Shown: one piece after another, positions 12,900-28,528 of the stretch
How positions within the stretch are numbered: position 1 is the first letter of the stretch
Layout: each line of letters starts with the position of its first letter
Source: Eledone cirrhosa
Taxonomy: Eukaryota
Direction of reading: 5' to 3'
NCBI GenBank assembly: GCA_964016885.1
Contig: OZ024742.1
Location: forward strand, 158,286,001 to 158,350,000
Length of the DNA: 64,000 bases
The notes under the pieces: generated by a model
What the model was told of the DNA's origin: nothing
What the model saw: the letters and a program-made list of their open reading frames with translations, nothing else
Database searches by the model: none
Program-made: the position numbers and the translations under genes

Positions 12900-14720
12900 C
12901 CGGTCGATTGTTGATGTAGCACGTGACAATAAACTTTACGTTGTAACCGTTCAGTCGGATTAGAAAGGATTGAAGGAAATAATGAATAATAATTTTAGGA
13001 TATACGAAAATAGAAAGTTACAGAATAATATAATTATGTTTGTGAGAGAGCACACCTATATTCACAAAGAACATGCAATTATAGATATAATACGGATCGA
13101 TAAAAGGAGAACGTAGTAAATCTAGATTCATATGCAAATAAATACATGCATTTTCTTTGGTTTATCATATTCTAGTTATACTTTGGTTTCTAGGGGTTTC
13201 AAACAACCACCAGGAAATTATCTTTTTAATCGCTCTAGTAGTTTATAGAAGTGTTGGCAATCGAGTCATACTTCCCTTTACTTATTAGATAATAGTCTTT
13301 TATTCTTGCCAGGAATTAGATTTTATATTCCCAACAGTACACCGTGTCCTGAACAAAATAAATCTGAATCCCAATCTTATTTTCTCTGCAATATCTAGAT
13401 ACTGCGATGAAATAGATTTCTTCCATTGATTATTTTAATTCAGTTTTGATATTGAGTCAATATTGATTCCTCACTCAAAAGATTGTATCTTTGTCCGTTC
13501 TCATTTGAAACCGTTCCTAGTATAATATTACAACTATTTAACACATTAATATGTGAATTCAATACGGGATTTCCAATACTTTCAAAGTCGGAGGTAATAT
13601 ATGCTAGACACACAGCTATATCTATTATGAGAATAATTACTAAATATTCACTGTTCATGTATACAACCGCGTCTTTCATTGCTTCCGGAAATGATATACA
13701 TTCGACAGAGAAATCCAGTTATTATCACTAACATTGCAGCACTCTCTCCCTCTATAGTTCAATTATCTGATAATTTATAGTCTGCTCATTTTCTGGTAAT
13801 TTGTCATTGAAAAATAAGTGTTCATTGGCAGTTGAAACAAATCCATAGGAGATAACATTGCGATTTATATCCTTCATTTCCTAATAGTTTAGCAGGAATT
13901 GAGTAATTGACTGTAAAATGACTGTGGTGATTAGGGAGTCGATACAAAGATTCATCAACGCAAAAAATATAAAAACAAATATATAATAATGGATGCAAAC
14001 TCTGGATATTTGTAATTCACCATGTAACGGCAATCAACATTCGAAAACAAAATAAAATAAAGAACTATAAAGGAATGCAGGTCATGATAAGGGCACTGAA
14101 GGTTAATGACGATTTTATGGGATTTTTTCCAAAATTAACGAGACTGCACGATAGCGTTTCCCGATTGGATTGATATTAACGGGTTTTTCAGAAGATAAGG
14201 TACTAAATGAGTGCTTTATATTGCCTTCTTCAGTCAATCTTCCTTAACATGAGGATATATCTCAGAGAGAGCTAGAGAGAAAAAGAAATCATGCATATGC
14301 ATTCTAAACTAATATCTGTATTGGCCATCGACAACGTGATAAACATATTTAAACCAACTCTAGGCGCAAATACAACGTAAATGCTTTACAACCGTTCGAA
14401 TTTATCGAGGTTTTGCCGCATTAAATAGCAATCAAGCAAAGGTCGACCATAGTTTAGTATTGTATGAGTCAATGTTCTCATTCATACCCAACATACAACG
14501 AATGTTTATAAATATATCATCGTGTACTTCAATTTCAGAAAAGTTTCCTCTTTAATAAAATATTAACGGTATGACATTCACTTAAGTATGCAAATTCAAA
14601 TTTATGGCTTATTACCAGTACGATATTTGATAAGTCAGATCACTTTCTCTGGTTTTGTATCTATCTATCTATAGACCGATCGATCTATTTACCTATTTAT
14701 CTCCCTCTCTCTCTCTCTCT

Positions 14721-14774
<54 letters not shown>

Positions 14775-14889
14775 TGTGTGTGTGTGTGTGTGTGTTATAC
14801 AAAAGTGCCTATACACATCGTTGCTTTGGGAAATGCATAACATCAGGCTTTCAGGAAGGAGACAGCTTGGAGATTTCTCTTCTATATTA

Positions 14890-15150
14890 TCTAATGCGGT
14901 TTCGTGTAGCATTAAATATTAAGAGATTTGAACTCTTATAAGCTATGTGCCAAATATATTAGTTATTCCACAGGGGAGGAAATTTATAATAGATTTAGAA
15001 ATAAAAATATTCGTAGTTGTGTACCCCGCGGTCTTCGTCAATGAATAATCCCATTTAACCCTTGGTAGTTTATCCCGGTCATCATGCATAATCCCAATGT
15101 TGAAAATATTGACTTCTAATTCAGTCGAACGTCCAGGCAATTTTGAGAAA
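14890..15150 (-). pseudogene. Possible decayed exon of an iGluR / ANF-receptor-type extracellular domain
   Basis: Frameshifted translation GINYQGLNGII/..DEDRG...NIFGT* resembles the F.GL.G.I.FD...GTW motif. Confidence 0.25.
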
Positions 15151-15619
15151 AATTCAACGTTTGTTAACTTAACCTCAGTATTAAGTTGAAATGAAAGGAT
15201 GAAATACTGAGTTGACGAGAATGTAAAGAGCCAGAATAATTATCGCAGACATTTTTACATTTCTAGAATGGATATTCATGCCCAGTTTACATCATAAGTA
15301 ATTATTTCACTTGTTAAATGACACGGGATCGAAGGTTTGAATATACACAGCGTATTAATGTTTCATATTTATTTACTAACCCCTCCCCCTCATATACAGA
15401 GAACGAGAATCAAAGAAGTGGTCAATCTAGGATATTTTTGATCCCACAATGAACTTTGTTTTTCTATATAATCATATGACATTCATTCATTTCTTCAATA
15501 CGCTATATGAAGTATTTGCTTTAGGACAACAAGCTGTAAAATCCCTCATTATTTACGGCATGTCACATACATGATAAGCTCTTTCACATTTCATATTATT
15601 TTTCTCGCCTGAAGCAAGG

Positions 15620-15950
15620 CAATAAACCAGTAAAACCAAAGGGGTTACGGAGAAGAGTGTCGAATAAGACAGATAGAATATAATTCAAGTAGATGACAAA
15701 TGATGTTGCAGATTCTAGTTGTCAGGAAAGGAAGAACCCAGTAGAGAGTTCCATAGGCGAGATGTGCGAGAACAAAAACTATTAGAATAGAGTTTGCGAT
15801 TGCATTCAGACATTTCACCTGTAAATATATGATGCCTAGTCGCTAATGTAGTGCTTCATTTAAACTCATGAAGTTAAGGCAACAAAGATGAAAAGAGCTT
15901 TTGCACCTGACAAAATACCTTAACATATTTTGTTTTAGAAGATATGTAGT
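15620..15950 (-). mobile_element. Degenerate LINE 3' fragment (Jockey/CR1 group)
   Basis: Translates to KLYSNSFCSRTSRLWNSL, resembling the FFPRT.RLWNSLP motif. Confidence 0.55.
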
Positions 15951-15999
15951 AGACGTCTGTGAACGTCAACGGATATGTGTTTTTGTCTTTCTATTCCTG

Positions 16000-16620
16000 C
16001 TAATTCGTTTAGTGTCTAATTCAGAATATCAAAACTATAGCTTATTACTGGGATCGCTACAGTATTGATGAGAATCAGCTTATCCTTGCCATTTAGTTCT
16101 GTTTTAGGTAGTAATAATCTAATCTGTTTATAGTCTTCCTCTTTGATCATTTTTTTTTTCATCCGTGCGTGTTGGACCTTGCCTTGTCCGTCGATTCCTT
16201 AGTATTTGTATCTCTGCGTTTGATATAAATCTCTTATCTCGGTTACTTTCTTTCTAACATGATATAAGTGTGATTTACTAAATTGCTTCTCTTCAGAGTT
16301 TCCTTGGCGCATTTGTCTAATCCACATGTCTATTTCTTTTGTGATTTCATGTACTATTTGTAGCGGTGTTTTGAGTTGTCTCTCGACTACACCATGCTGG
16401 AGAGATTAGCATCTTTTATAATAGTAACTACTTCATTTGTAATCTTTTTATCTTTGAGAGATGTATTTTTTGGACCATAGGGATAATTCTAGTGGAGATA
16501 TTGCTCCATTGCGTCCTGTCTGGGTTTTATTTTATTGAGACGTTGCTAAGGTGCTACATGTAGATATTGGGTGATTCCCTGTATTTTTGACATTTTGAGT
16601 CAGTATTGATAATATTTTGT
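16000..16620 (-). mobile_element. Highly degenerate R4-like RT fragment
   Basis: GLDKCA remnant (ggcgcatttgtctaatcc near 16310) similar to the element near 7455. Confidence 0.45.
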
Positions 16621-17683
16621 GACAAGGCATTATGCCAGTATGAAACTTACTCTTTCGGATTTCGGTTCTAAACTACACAGCCACTGATGTGTTTGTGTTT
16701 TTGTTTACATCAGCTTGCATGCTTCGAGCCAAGTACTGGCCATACAGTGGCTTATCTTGCCATTTTGGGTTCATCTGCATCTCTTATTTTGGGGAATTTT
16801 GACGTCACTATTAATGATAGAGGAGTTTCGTCTGTCACAGCTGTATTCCATTGTATTCCCCGTTTATATTTGGTGCTTTCTTTTATGGCGGGTAAATATG
16901 TTGTTGGTTTTATGTTGTTTTCCTGTCTGCGGCATCCAATTATTGTTTGATACACTATATTGGCGCAGCCAATTGTTGTTGTCTTCTTTATTATTATTAC
17001 TGTTTGTCATCATCCTTATCATCTTCATCATCATCATCATCATTTATATTATTATTATCATCATCATCATCATCGTCGTCATCATTATCAGTATTACTAT
17101 TATTTTGTTATTATTGACAAAGGTGATAATGATTATGCTGAAGTTAATGAGGATGATGATGATTACAATGATCCATGGTGTGAGATGGATGTGGAAGCTA
17201 TAATAAGTGAGGTTGCTGGAAGGAATATGTTAAACGAGGCATACAATTATCGAATGAATATTCGTACACATTTTAAATTGTTCATATTTATTTAGACTAA
17301 CGGGCTTCGTTTCTTTCAATTGTTTCTACTAAATTTATCCATTCAACTTATGGCCGCCAAAATGAATTTTGGCGTCAGCTTCTGGTTTTTACTACAGTGT
17401 GTCTGTCCACGTTGAAGACTAAGTGACTTTTCATGGGAAATAATATACAAAAGACTGTTTCACAGGAAACAATAAACAAACGATTGTTCGAGTCAATCAA
17501 TTTTTTATTTGACCAGTCCAATGTGATAAATATACTTACCAGCTTTGTTGTTCATTCATTTTTTGTTTTGTTTTGTTTTGTTTTTTGTTTTGTTAGTGAT
17601 TTATTTTCTTCAGGTGTATGTCATTGGGTATTTATTAGCTCAAATTAATCCTTTCACAAACATCTAAATTCTTCTATAACGCG

Positions 17684-17830
17684 GTGAATTTAGCAGTGTC
17701 GTTAGAATGTCGGATAGAATGCTTTGTAGTATTCGTTCCGGTTCTCTTCAATTTAAGTTCAAATCTCAGCTTTGCCTTTCATCAGTTCGAGGTCGATAAA
17801 AAAGCACCAGTCCAATTTTTGGGTCGTTCC
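17684..17830 (+). mobile_element. Degenerate CORE-type SINE
   Basis: Contains GTTCAAATC...CTTTGCCTTTCATC..GGTCGATAAAA. Confidence 0.7.
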
Positions 17831-20189
17831 TTCTATATCCATTTCTCACCTCAACTCACTATCATTTCTTCTCTCTAACGCTCACTTTTTACATACTCTA
17901 GAAGAAATAGACTGTGTTCAGACCTGGAGAGGGGAAGGCTCCGCCAGATTTTAAAATAATGCCCAGGAAACGCTGTATGAAACAACAGCTCTATTACGAC
18001 TCTACCAGAAATGTTGGATTGAAGTAAAAAATGAAGGCATTCTCTCATATGGTAGCTATAAGGGGATGAGACACATATATTCAAGACTCAGTCAGTTAGT
18101 AGATTATCACCCATACCATCCCCGCATGTGTTATGTTCTTATGGATAAATTAATACACTGCAACAGTGTAATAACAATTTAATCGAAACAAACGGCAATA
18201 ACCACACGTAACGGAACAACAATCTTTAAAGAACCAACAATCCAACACGCTAACTCCAACTCCAACTTTCACTATCAACACACGAACTGTGGAACTAATA
18301 CAAACCTCAGGCCGCTACTATTTATATGTAGTGGTCCAGCCCATTCTCGCCAGGGAGGGGGGGGGGGGGCTTTATACTCTCGCACAACACCATATATGCA
18401 TGCTATACTGCAGGTAACTTGATACGAGCCAACAAAGAGTATTTTCCGTGGTTGCTTCGTTTGCTAGAACTAACAGCTAAATACCACTGAAATCACAATG
18501 GTTCGACAACTAAATTTGAAAGAAGCCGAGCGTCAGATCGGAAGAGCGAAACTGTGTTTCTGGCGAGTTATATTTCTGAAACTATTTACGTATAAAACAC
18601 CTTCTATATGGCTTTCCCACAGGATTATTGATGTAGTTAGACTTGTTTATTAAACATAGTCATATCGTATATCCCGTCATATACACCTCTACCAGGTTGT
18701 TAACAAGTCTATATATACAGTTATATAACTCACCAGTTTTGTACTTAATATAATTGATCTCTGGGTTTATGGTTCGAGTAATTGCATCGCTGGTTAAGGG
18801 TGAGTAAAACTGATCGGCTTATTTCCAGTGTCTTTGTTGGTTTTCTAGTTAGTTATAACTGATATTTTAGGTTAGTTGTAAGTCTCCTGTTTTAATTTTT
18901 TAGTTAGTTATAAATGTTCTGTTTGATGTGTGGTTTGTTGTAACTGGTTTGTTCGATTTTGGGTTAGCTATCACTGGTCTGAATGATTTTGGTTATAAAT
19001 GATATGATTGATATTGGTTCATTTTAATTATAACGATTCTGTTGGTTTTTGTTAGTCATAACTAGTCCCTAGATTTGTATTCAGAATAAATTATTTGTTT
19101 GTGGCTGCTTATATTGGTCTGTTGATTTTGGATTACTATAAACTAATGTAAATTATTACGTCCTAACTAAACATAGTAGCATGAATCGCATTTTTACAAT
19201 CTGACTTTAACGTGCAAGCGAAATGAAATGAACCGAATTTGAAATTAAAGAAAAATAGCATACCTTTGAAGTTCTAATAGAAATCTGTTTTATCCTTTTT
19301 CGTATTTTACTTCAGCACCTCGTTTGATTCGTGATGCAGTTGCATGCGTTTGCCTGCAGTTATAACTCTTTTAATACATTTTTCCTTATTGATTTCTTCA
19401 CAGCAATGAAAAATAACGACTAAAATTACTACTAATCGAACAATATACTTTTGATCTCTCTGTTTAGCTTGGCCTTTTCGTAATGTTTGTGTACCAAATC
19501 TTACTTTCGTTTAATAGCGCTTTTCAAAGAATCACTTAGTCGTTCGGTGAAACAAGACCATTTTTCGTTTGTTTGTTTGTTTTTTCCTTTTTTTCTTTTT
19601 CAACTTCCCTTTCTCCTGTATAGTTACTTTCTTATTTTCCACATGTTTTCTTCTCCTTCCTCTTCTTTTCATCTAAATTTAATGATACATTATAACAAGA
19701 GAACGAACGTCTTGTATAAAGGGTATTGTAAACGGCATCATACTGATAACCTCATGTACGAAAAAGTTGAGGACGACACAAAGTTTAAAACTCTCTCGAT
19801 CTTTTATTTCCTGTTTTCTTTAATATACGGTAATATTGATTTTATTTTTGACTTTTTATTTATGCGTTTTTATTAATCATGGTAACAATTTCAATATCAG
19901 CTGTCTTGTGTAAATGTAATAACCTCCCACCTATATGCATCAATTAAACGAGATTCGAGTGTATCTGTTTATATATAAACAGCAATCTGACAAGATTCCA
20001 GCTATACTTCTTTCTTCGAAACTAAAAATTTACTTTAGTGTTTCTAAATTTTATATTGGCTTCATAACTTTGTATATATACTTACATAGAAGATAATCGA
20101 TCAAATCTGTCGCAGTACATGACTGGTACTTAAATTTCTCTTAATTAAATGATATTGTTGTTGTCGCTAGTCATATTATTTTATATATA

Positions 20190-20227
20190 CTAGCAGAAAA
20201 TCCACCCTTCGGGTGGTTTTCTGCTAG
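20190..20227. repeat. CTAG-bounded hairpin resembling a Helitron 3' terminus
   Basis: CTAGCAGAAAA-T-CCACCC-TTC-GGGTGG-TTTTCTGCTAG. Confidence 0.45.
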
Positions 20228-21739
20228 CATGTGTAGTGTGTATATTGATATTATACGCAAATATATAGACATGTAGATATGATACGTCAAATAAAATCGT
20301 AATTGACAATATACACAGAAATTGAAGAGAGAGACTGTATTACACTCTCTTATGTAATCAGAAACCTAATCCATGATACATTAAAAAAAAGACGATATTA
20401 TATATTAATTGCATTAGGAGAAAATTAGTGACAGATAGTTAATGTTTATGTAAGCGATCGCCACCGGAAGTGTTGACATTTGAAAATGTTAAAGAAGTGA
20501 TTCTTTAAATAAATAATAAAATATATTTAATGAACAGCCACGAAATTTAGTAGATAAATTATGTAATATTCATTCATTATTTATTCAAAGTAATCCAACT
20601 TATTTTACTAATGGGATAAAAAAATTATGAACCGTACGCAGTCCCGCGATTCTTACTTTATTATAGTTTAGATGCTCAAGTGAATTATCACAACAGAGTA
20701 ATTCATTCTCTCTGTGGCTGTTGATATTAGGCAGGCGGTGGTTATAAATGAACAAACCTATCATTAAAAGCATTCCATTTGTGACCATCCACACCTTTTC
20801 GTAAAGCATAGTGTACTTACATAATGTACCATTGTTTTAAGACTGTGAGGTGGTGACTCACTGACTTGCCTGCACTTTCTAACAAGACAAGGTTTCCTTG
20901 TTGTTGAATCCTAGGAAATGCCTTGTCGTGTTTTAGCCACATGATAAATCTGAATGAGTGAAGATCTATTAGCAAAGACATTGCAACACTGACCACCCTG
21001 ACACTTTTCCAGGCATGGTGTTTTCTTACTTTTTAAACATTATTGTGAGATTTGAAGGAAATTAGGCTACTACAGATTCTCTCACTGGCTCATTCAAATG
21101 TTTGACACATAATATTAATTTGCCTGGACATGCTGATGACGGTACTAATAATTAGCACCATTCGACAATAATCTATTAAACCAATTACCGAAGACGTCCC
21201 AGCCAGGACCATCCTCCATTTATAAACGCATCTAGATATGTACTATGTACTTCAGGTTATCTAATATGTACTATGTGCTTCAGGTTGGTAAAGTAATCTA
21301 GCTGAGATGTAACATGCTTATCGGCTACCGAGATTCTACTTTTTGTTCGGCCTTTAGAAAGTAAGTTTACTTGATGATAGTTGTGAAACGCCTTAAGGCC
21401 AGAAATGTTCTTTGCAACCATCGTATATGACGTCACAATTTTGATTCTTAAATCTGGTTCATTTTACATACTACGATAAATTACACTGCAAACCTTGAAC
21501 AGAGAAACACTTTATTAAGCGTCTCGGAAATAATGAGAACATTCTTCTCTTATTGGGCCTGTATCCTTTTATGGATTTGTAGGGAGCTGTAGTGACATAC
21601 AGCGTGACTTGGGTATGTATGTTTTAAACATGGCGGAACCCATTCCATATCCAATTCTGATTACAGCAAGTTTCTGCCAGAGAAGGAGAAAGCGAGAGAG
21701 GATCATACATAGAATGTAAAAGAGAGAAATAAGAGGAGG

Positions 21740-21885
21740 AATCGACAACAGTACTAGATTCGTATTTGTTTTATCGATCTCGAAAGGATGAAATGCAAGT
21801 TTGAACTCGGTGTGTTTTGAACTCAGGGAGCCGACGGGAATACTACAAATGTTTCTATCTGACGTTCTAAACAGTTAGTCAATTT
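21740..21885 (-). mobile_element. Degenerate CORE-type SINE
   Basis: ttttatcgat..gaaaggatgaaa...tttgaactcag is the reverse complement of the core and B-box. Confidence 0.65.
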
Positions 21886-23559
21886 GCGCCCCCCCCCCCC
21901 TCACACACTCACTTTGTCTTACTTAAAAGTAAATAGTGTTTCTTTGAAACGGGTGGTTGAATGTATCGTAGACACGAGAAATAAGTTTCCAGTGAACTGA
22001 TAAAGCGTCTAAAATCATACATGAATAAAATCAATCCATGCATTAACATCGCCCCTTTTTCCTTTTTAACGTACTGCAGCCTACATATCCTAATCTGTCC
22101 ATCATTTCCAAAAACTTTAGTTTATAATATGAGAGACATTTGGCTGGTAACTTTAGTGATTCAAACGACTTTCCATAGGTCCCTCTGTCTTTTTATATTG
22201 TGAGTTCAACTATTATCGGATTTGGTATTGTCTTTTTCCTTATGAGATTTGATAAAATGAGAACTAGTCATATACAATGATCGATTGAAGCATTTTTACA
22301 AAGTGTGGCATCGTGCTTCTAATACTGCTTAAATGGCATAGTAACCACATGTTTAGATAATTCAACCCGATTAGGAGATTTCATAAGTCTAAGGTACCGC
22401 TTCATTGAATTATTTGTAGCTCGGCTGAATTATTTTCCTTGTGACATGATCCGTTCGATTCAAGCATGATTATGTAAAGACGTTAATAGCCTTAACATCA
22501 AATTGAAGCTTTTGAAGGCTGTTTTAAAATGATAGCATAGTTTAGATAAGCTTCAGGAGAATTATTGAAAAATTAGTTCTTATCGCTGTGTTACTATGAA
22601 TGTTAATTTACTGAAACAGTGGTGTGCAGTTTTGCATTGCAGTGACAACATGATACATGCAAATTGTTGTCAGATATTTCTTTGAGATATTAATACAGGA
22701 TAATTTATGGGTAAATGTTCAGTCAAACATAACAAGCAGTCATTTTATCGGTGTCGTCAAGGCAAATCTTTGGGGATTCCCTTTTCAAATATGAACATAT
22801 GCTATGAAGAGAAATTGATAATTTGGCCTATAAGTGATGTAGCCGATTGCTTGATTGCGGCTTCGAACATAATTTAGAATTAAGATATGCATTAATTCTG
22901 TTAATTCGTTTTCTCTGGTTTAAAATATCTTTGATCACAAATGTGTAAACTATACACTACTGAACTAAACATCAATTTGTTGGATCTGATTTTGGGAAAG
23001 TGAGTAATTCTTGATACGGAGTTGTGCGCTTTGACTTTTCGAGTTCAGATACTGTTGGTATTAATTCGAGTTTATATCTGTACTTGGCTGTTATGAAATT
23101 ACGTGTTTTGTCAACATTGACATAATAGTGAAAGATGTAAACCTGTTTAGGAAAGTATGAAAAAGATTATTTTGCAAACCACACTATTTCATAATGTTAT
23201 ATAAGTGAATAAGAAAGAATTTATATAATCTAGCTGCTAGTAATTGAGTAAAAAATGTGTCAACTAATCAACGGATATCTAGATACATTGAGTGCACCAC
23301 ACCGTTTATAGTAAGATTATATTTCAACATTGTTCGTTTGTTCTGATATACATATCTATAACTAAGTATATGTAACTGTGGGCATGTGTGAAAGGAATTT
23401 ATGTAATAACCGTTGGTAAATGCGAAAGGGAATAATGATACATATATATCTAAATGTCAAGGGGATTAGAGAGTAGGGTGTTGCGTGGGAATATGTAATA
23501 TATCAAATGTAACTCCGAGAAATACATCGAAAACAAGACACTATTAGGCCATGTTGCTC

Positions 23560-24235
23560 TTAGAAAACTCTTACATCGCATCTTCGGAGTCAAAATCCTG
23601 AAACTACAAACTAAGCTTATGGTGTATCGAGCCTTGATTGTTTCCACCTTACTCTATGTTAATAAAACGTGGAACGATTTCATCAGACGAAAGTTCATTA
23701 AATGATGAACATCAAATGGTAGGACTAAGTCAGCTAACTTGCAACCCTTGAACGGGCTCATGCCAAAGACATTGAGGCTATAATCATCCAGCATCGCTTC
23801 AGATAGACAGATCACATCTACTGCATGAATAGTATCAGACTGCCACATCAAATCATCTAGAACAAACTCAGCTTAGATCCTGCGGCCACCACATGCAATG
23901 ATACAAAGATCAATTGAAACAGTGAGATGCAGAACATCAACATTAACCGAAAGGTTCCTGGAAACAACACTCAGAAGACAGAACGGTGTGTTGTCATCTT
24001 ATCGAGACCGGTACAGAACACTTTGAAGAAAATCGCCGGAGAAATGAGGAAGATAAAAGGTTGCGGTGAAACATTCGCCAAACTCTAGCCATGACATCCA
24101 CCTACCATCAGTTGTGACCTGTGTGGACAATTTTTCTTTGCAAACATCGGTCTAGCCAGCTATCGGAGGCACCGTGTAGGATGAAAATATTGAAAAAGAA
24201 AATAGTCGGAGACGAGGATGAGCGGAAGAAGATAG
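23560..24235 (+). mobile_element. Degenerate RTE-clade LINE 3' fragment
   Basis: VYRALIVSTLLY..TW remnant, a downstream C..C remnant and a purine-rich tail. Confidence 0.65.
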
Positions 24236-24487
24236 AAAAAGGTTTAGCTAACTGAAACGACTTTGAATTATTTGATAAAGCACCCCAACAAACTAGACAT
24301 CGTTGTAGCATTGGCGACGGGGGAGATGATGATGGTGACGATAATGATCATGGTTATGAGGGACATTTGGTTGTTAATAACAAATGGAGTGAATGAGATG
24401 AGCGTTCTTAGCTCTCAGTAATTGACGACATTAAAACTTGTGATGCTTTTTTAGCTCCAGATCTAAACTAATCGAGCAGACTTATAA

Positions 24488-24700
24488 ATTGTTTCTACTT
24501 TAGGCGCAACACCAGCAATTTTGGGGGGAAGGAGGAAAGTCGATTAAATCGACCCGAGTGCGTTACTGGTGCTTTATTTTATCGACCCCGTAAGGATGAG
24601 AGGGAAAGCTAACCTCGGCGGGATTTGAACTCAGATCGTAAAGGGGCGTAACTCTATGCCATAAAGCATGTTGTCCGGCGCACTACTGATACTGTCGCCG
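24488..24700 (-). mobile_element. CORE-type SINE
   Basis: Reverse complement of the SINE consensus seen at 1601. Confidence 0.85.
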
Positions 24701-25203
24701 TAACCATCACGTCGGAATATCTATAACTACACAAACTCTATCAGTGAAAGTGTGGATTGAGAAATGGTTGTTATTTCTTGAAACCAGAGCGATAATGTAG
24801 AGTCTATTTACTTGTGGCATCTGTATATGCATGTATGTGTGTCTGTATATGTGTGCTTCCTATGTATATACATCGTATTGAATGCACTAAGCGTTTATTT
24901 CAGTAAATTTACAATAACAACCATGTTAAATACATCAATAATCCAAAGTCCAGCACCAAGGACATTGTTTATATGACCCGAGTAAAAGTGATTCACACTC
25001 TGACCCCAATAAATTGTTTCATTTTTTTTCTGACCCAAAGGACCCATACATTAGCTAAAATATCAGATAAATATTCCTATATTTTACTTTTATTTCTTAA
25101 AGATATTATGATCAAAAAATCAATATCAAATTGAAGTAATACGCACACATAAATATATACATTATATACTTACATTCACAACATTCCTACAGAAACACTC
25201 ACA

Positions 25204-25239
<36 letters not shown>

Positions 25240-25413
25240 GTATGTATGTGTGTGTGTGTGTGTATCAAGGTGCATTTCCTCAAGAAACCAAATATGGAAA
25301 TGGTTTAAGAGAATCTATAGAGATATTCTTCCTCTGGAAATGACAAAATCTATGACTTTTACACTTCTTTTTCAATACACAGAAATATTCTTAAAGTATT
25401 ATATATGCATATA

Positions 25414-26478
25414 TATACCAGATAGAAAAATGCGTACAGCAAAAAAAGTAATATTGTTGGAATATAAACCTTTAAAAATACAGGACAAGAAACTAAAATA
25501 AAACTTTAAAAGAATAGGACAAGAAACTAAGATAAAACTTTAAAAGAATAGGACAAAAAACTAAGATAAAACTTTAAAGAATTGGACAAGAAATAAAAAA
25601 TGTTACAATAATATTAGTGGCAAAATTTTTATTGGTAAAAAATCGAGTTCCACATTCATAGGCTCTGCGTTCCACATTCAGAGGTCGTCGTCAGACCGGG
25701 GGATCATTTGATCCTGGTTTGAACACCAATTGGGCCATAACCATACCCCTATTTCATCATTCGGCGACACGTCTCATGTGTCATGCATAATGTGAATGGA
25801 CCCATGGGCCCATGAGCACAGATCTTGAGCAGCAGCGGACGGTCTTGTCGTCCCGCTCATCCTTGATCTTGACCAACCCGTCCATCTTCTCCTTGCATCT
25901 TGTCTTTGAGTTCAAGTCCGGCAGTCCAGATGAATGCGTGCCACAGCTTTCTAGTACAGGAAGGGGGAGCAGGAGGACTGGAGGGATGACGGGACGGAGG
26001 GAGGGAGGACCGGTGGTTGAGGGAGGTGCCGTAGTCGGTGGTCAGAGTCGACATCTTGTCCCGGTCGTCTTCTCCATCTCCGTCTGGTGTTGCGGGACCA
26101 GAAGTGCATTCTTGGAGGAGACCTGCAGCTGCATCGGCCAATTCTTCTTGCAATGGTCATTCTGACGGAGCAGAACTGCTCAGCCAACCAACCCCAACCA
26201 GATCCAACCGCTCAGGGGCAACGCACAATGAGAGCATGACAATTATTATGCACTAATCAAGAAGATACTGGGGCATAGCACAGGAAACGAATAAAAAAAT
26301 GTTGCCACTAATATTATTGTAAAATTTTTTATTTCTTGTCCAATTCTTTAAAGTTTTATCTTAGTTTCTTGTCCTATTCTTTTAAAGTTTTATTTTAGTT
26401 TCTTGTCCTGTATTTTTAAAGGTTTATATTCCAACAATATTACTTTTTTTTGCAGTACGCATTTTTCTATCTGGTCTA
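25414..26478. mobile_element. Non-autonomous DNA transposon with ~190-220 bp TIRs containing ~30-bp subrepeats (possibly Academ-like)
   Basis: 25414-25635 is the inverted repeat of 26291-26478. Ends read TATACCAGATAG and CTATCTGGTCTA, around a GC-rich core. Confidence 0.7.
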
Positions 26479-26960
26479 CTATTTTTTCAGGCAATGCAAG
26501 CAACAACTATCTAATAATTAAATGATAATAGTGAATTACTGACAATTGATTGACATTTTAAAGTTCTTTTGAGTATAATTGCAATCTAGTTGAGGCAACT
26601 GGTTGACAAAGCTACGTCATTTCTGGATTACCTCCCCTAGCGACACGCTTACTACTCACTCACTTGAACACAAGATTTATCAGCAAACTTTGATTATAAA
26701 CTTTTTCCCGCTGGACCAAATTTCTAGATTTTTAAGCCAAAATATGCGTAATGATCTATTGTTCATGCTCATATAAGTTTTATCTCAGTTAAATAAAGTA
26801 GAGCCGCGCTGTACTGTCGTAAACAGACGATTGCCAACGAAAACACGACCACAACAATATTACTAAACGGACTACCGTCCGTTTAGAATTTATTTAATAT
26901 TTAGAAGAGAATTGTGTGTAAAAGATATTATGACACACATACAAACGATAATACAGATGC

Positions 26961-27623
<663 letters not shown>

Positions 27624-27904
27624 ATACATATATATATGTATATATATATATATAGATATAGATAGGTAAATATACACGGGTGTGTATGATTGTGTATAGA
27701 AGATTATATTAATAAGAGGAATTCCAACTGTGTCTGATTTACTCGTTTTATTTACAATCCATTAAAAAAAATATATAATGGTATTATAATGAAATAGTAT
27801 AATAGAATATTAAATTCTAAGTGTTAATTGAACAAGTACTTTCATGCTTTCGCAATCTTCAGGTTCATGATATGTGGTGACAGTCGAGTTTGCAATTTTC
27901 AACT

Positions 27905-27977
27905 GTATATATGTATATATATATACATGTATATATATATATATACATGTGTATATATATATATATATACATGTGTA

Positions 27978-28030
<53 letters not shown>

Positions 28031-28214
28031 ATATACATGTATATATATATATACATGTATATATATATATATATATATACATTTATATATATATATATAT
28101 ACATGTATGTATATATATATATATACGTGTATCTATATACATAAATATATATATATATATACATGTATATATATATACATGTATAAATATATTAATATAC
28201 ATGTATATATATAT

Positions 28215-28266
<52 letters not shown>

Positions 28267-28278
28267 ATATATATATAT

Positions 28279-28310
<32 letters not shown>

Positions 28311-28488
28311 ACATACATGTATACATGTATATATATATATACATACATGTATACATGTATATATATATGTATACATGTATATATATATATACATGTATAT
28401 ATATATATATACATGTATATATATATATATACATGTATATATATATATACATGTATATATATATATATACATGTATATATATATATAT

Positions 28489-28528
<40 letters not shown>

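Noticed and set aside
18730-19150. Degenerate ~32-bp TAGTTATAACT periodicity
   Set aside because: Looks like an old minisatellite with no further structure visible.
26820-26890. CAGACGA...GAAAAC motif and the adjacent CTAAACGGAC hairpin
   Set aside because: The core is mutated and there are no supporting stems.
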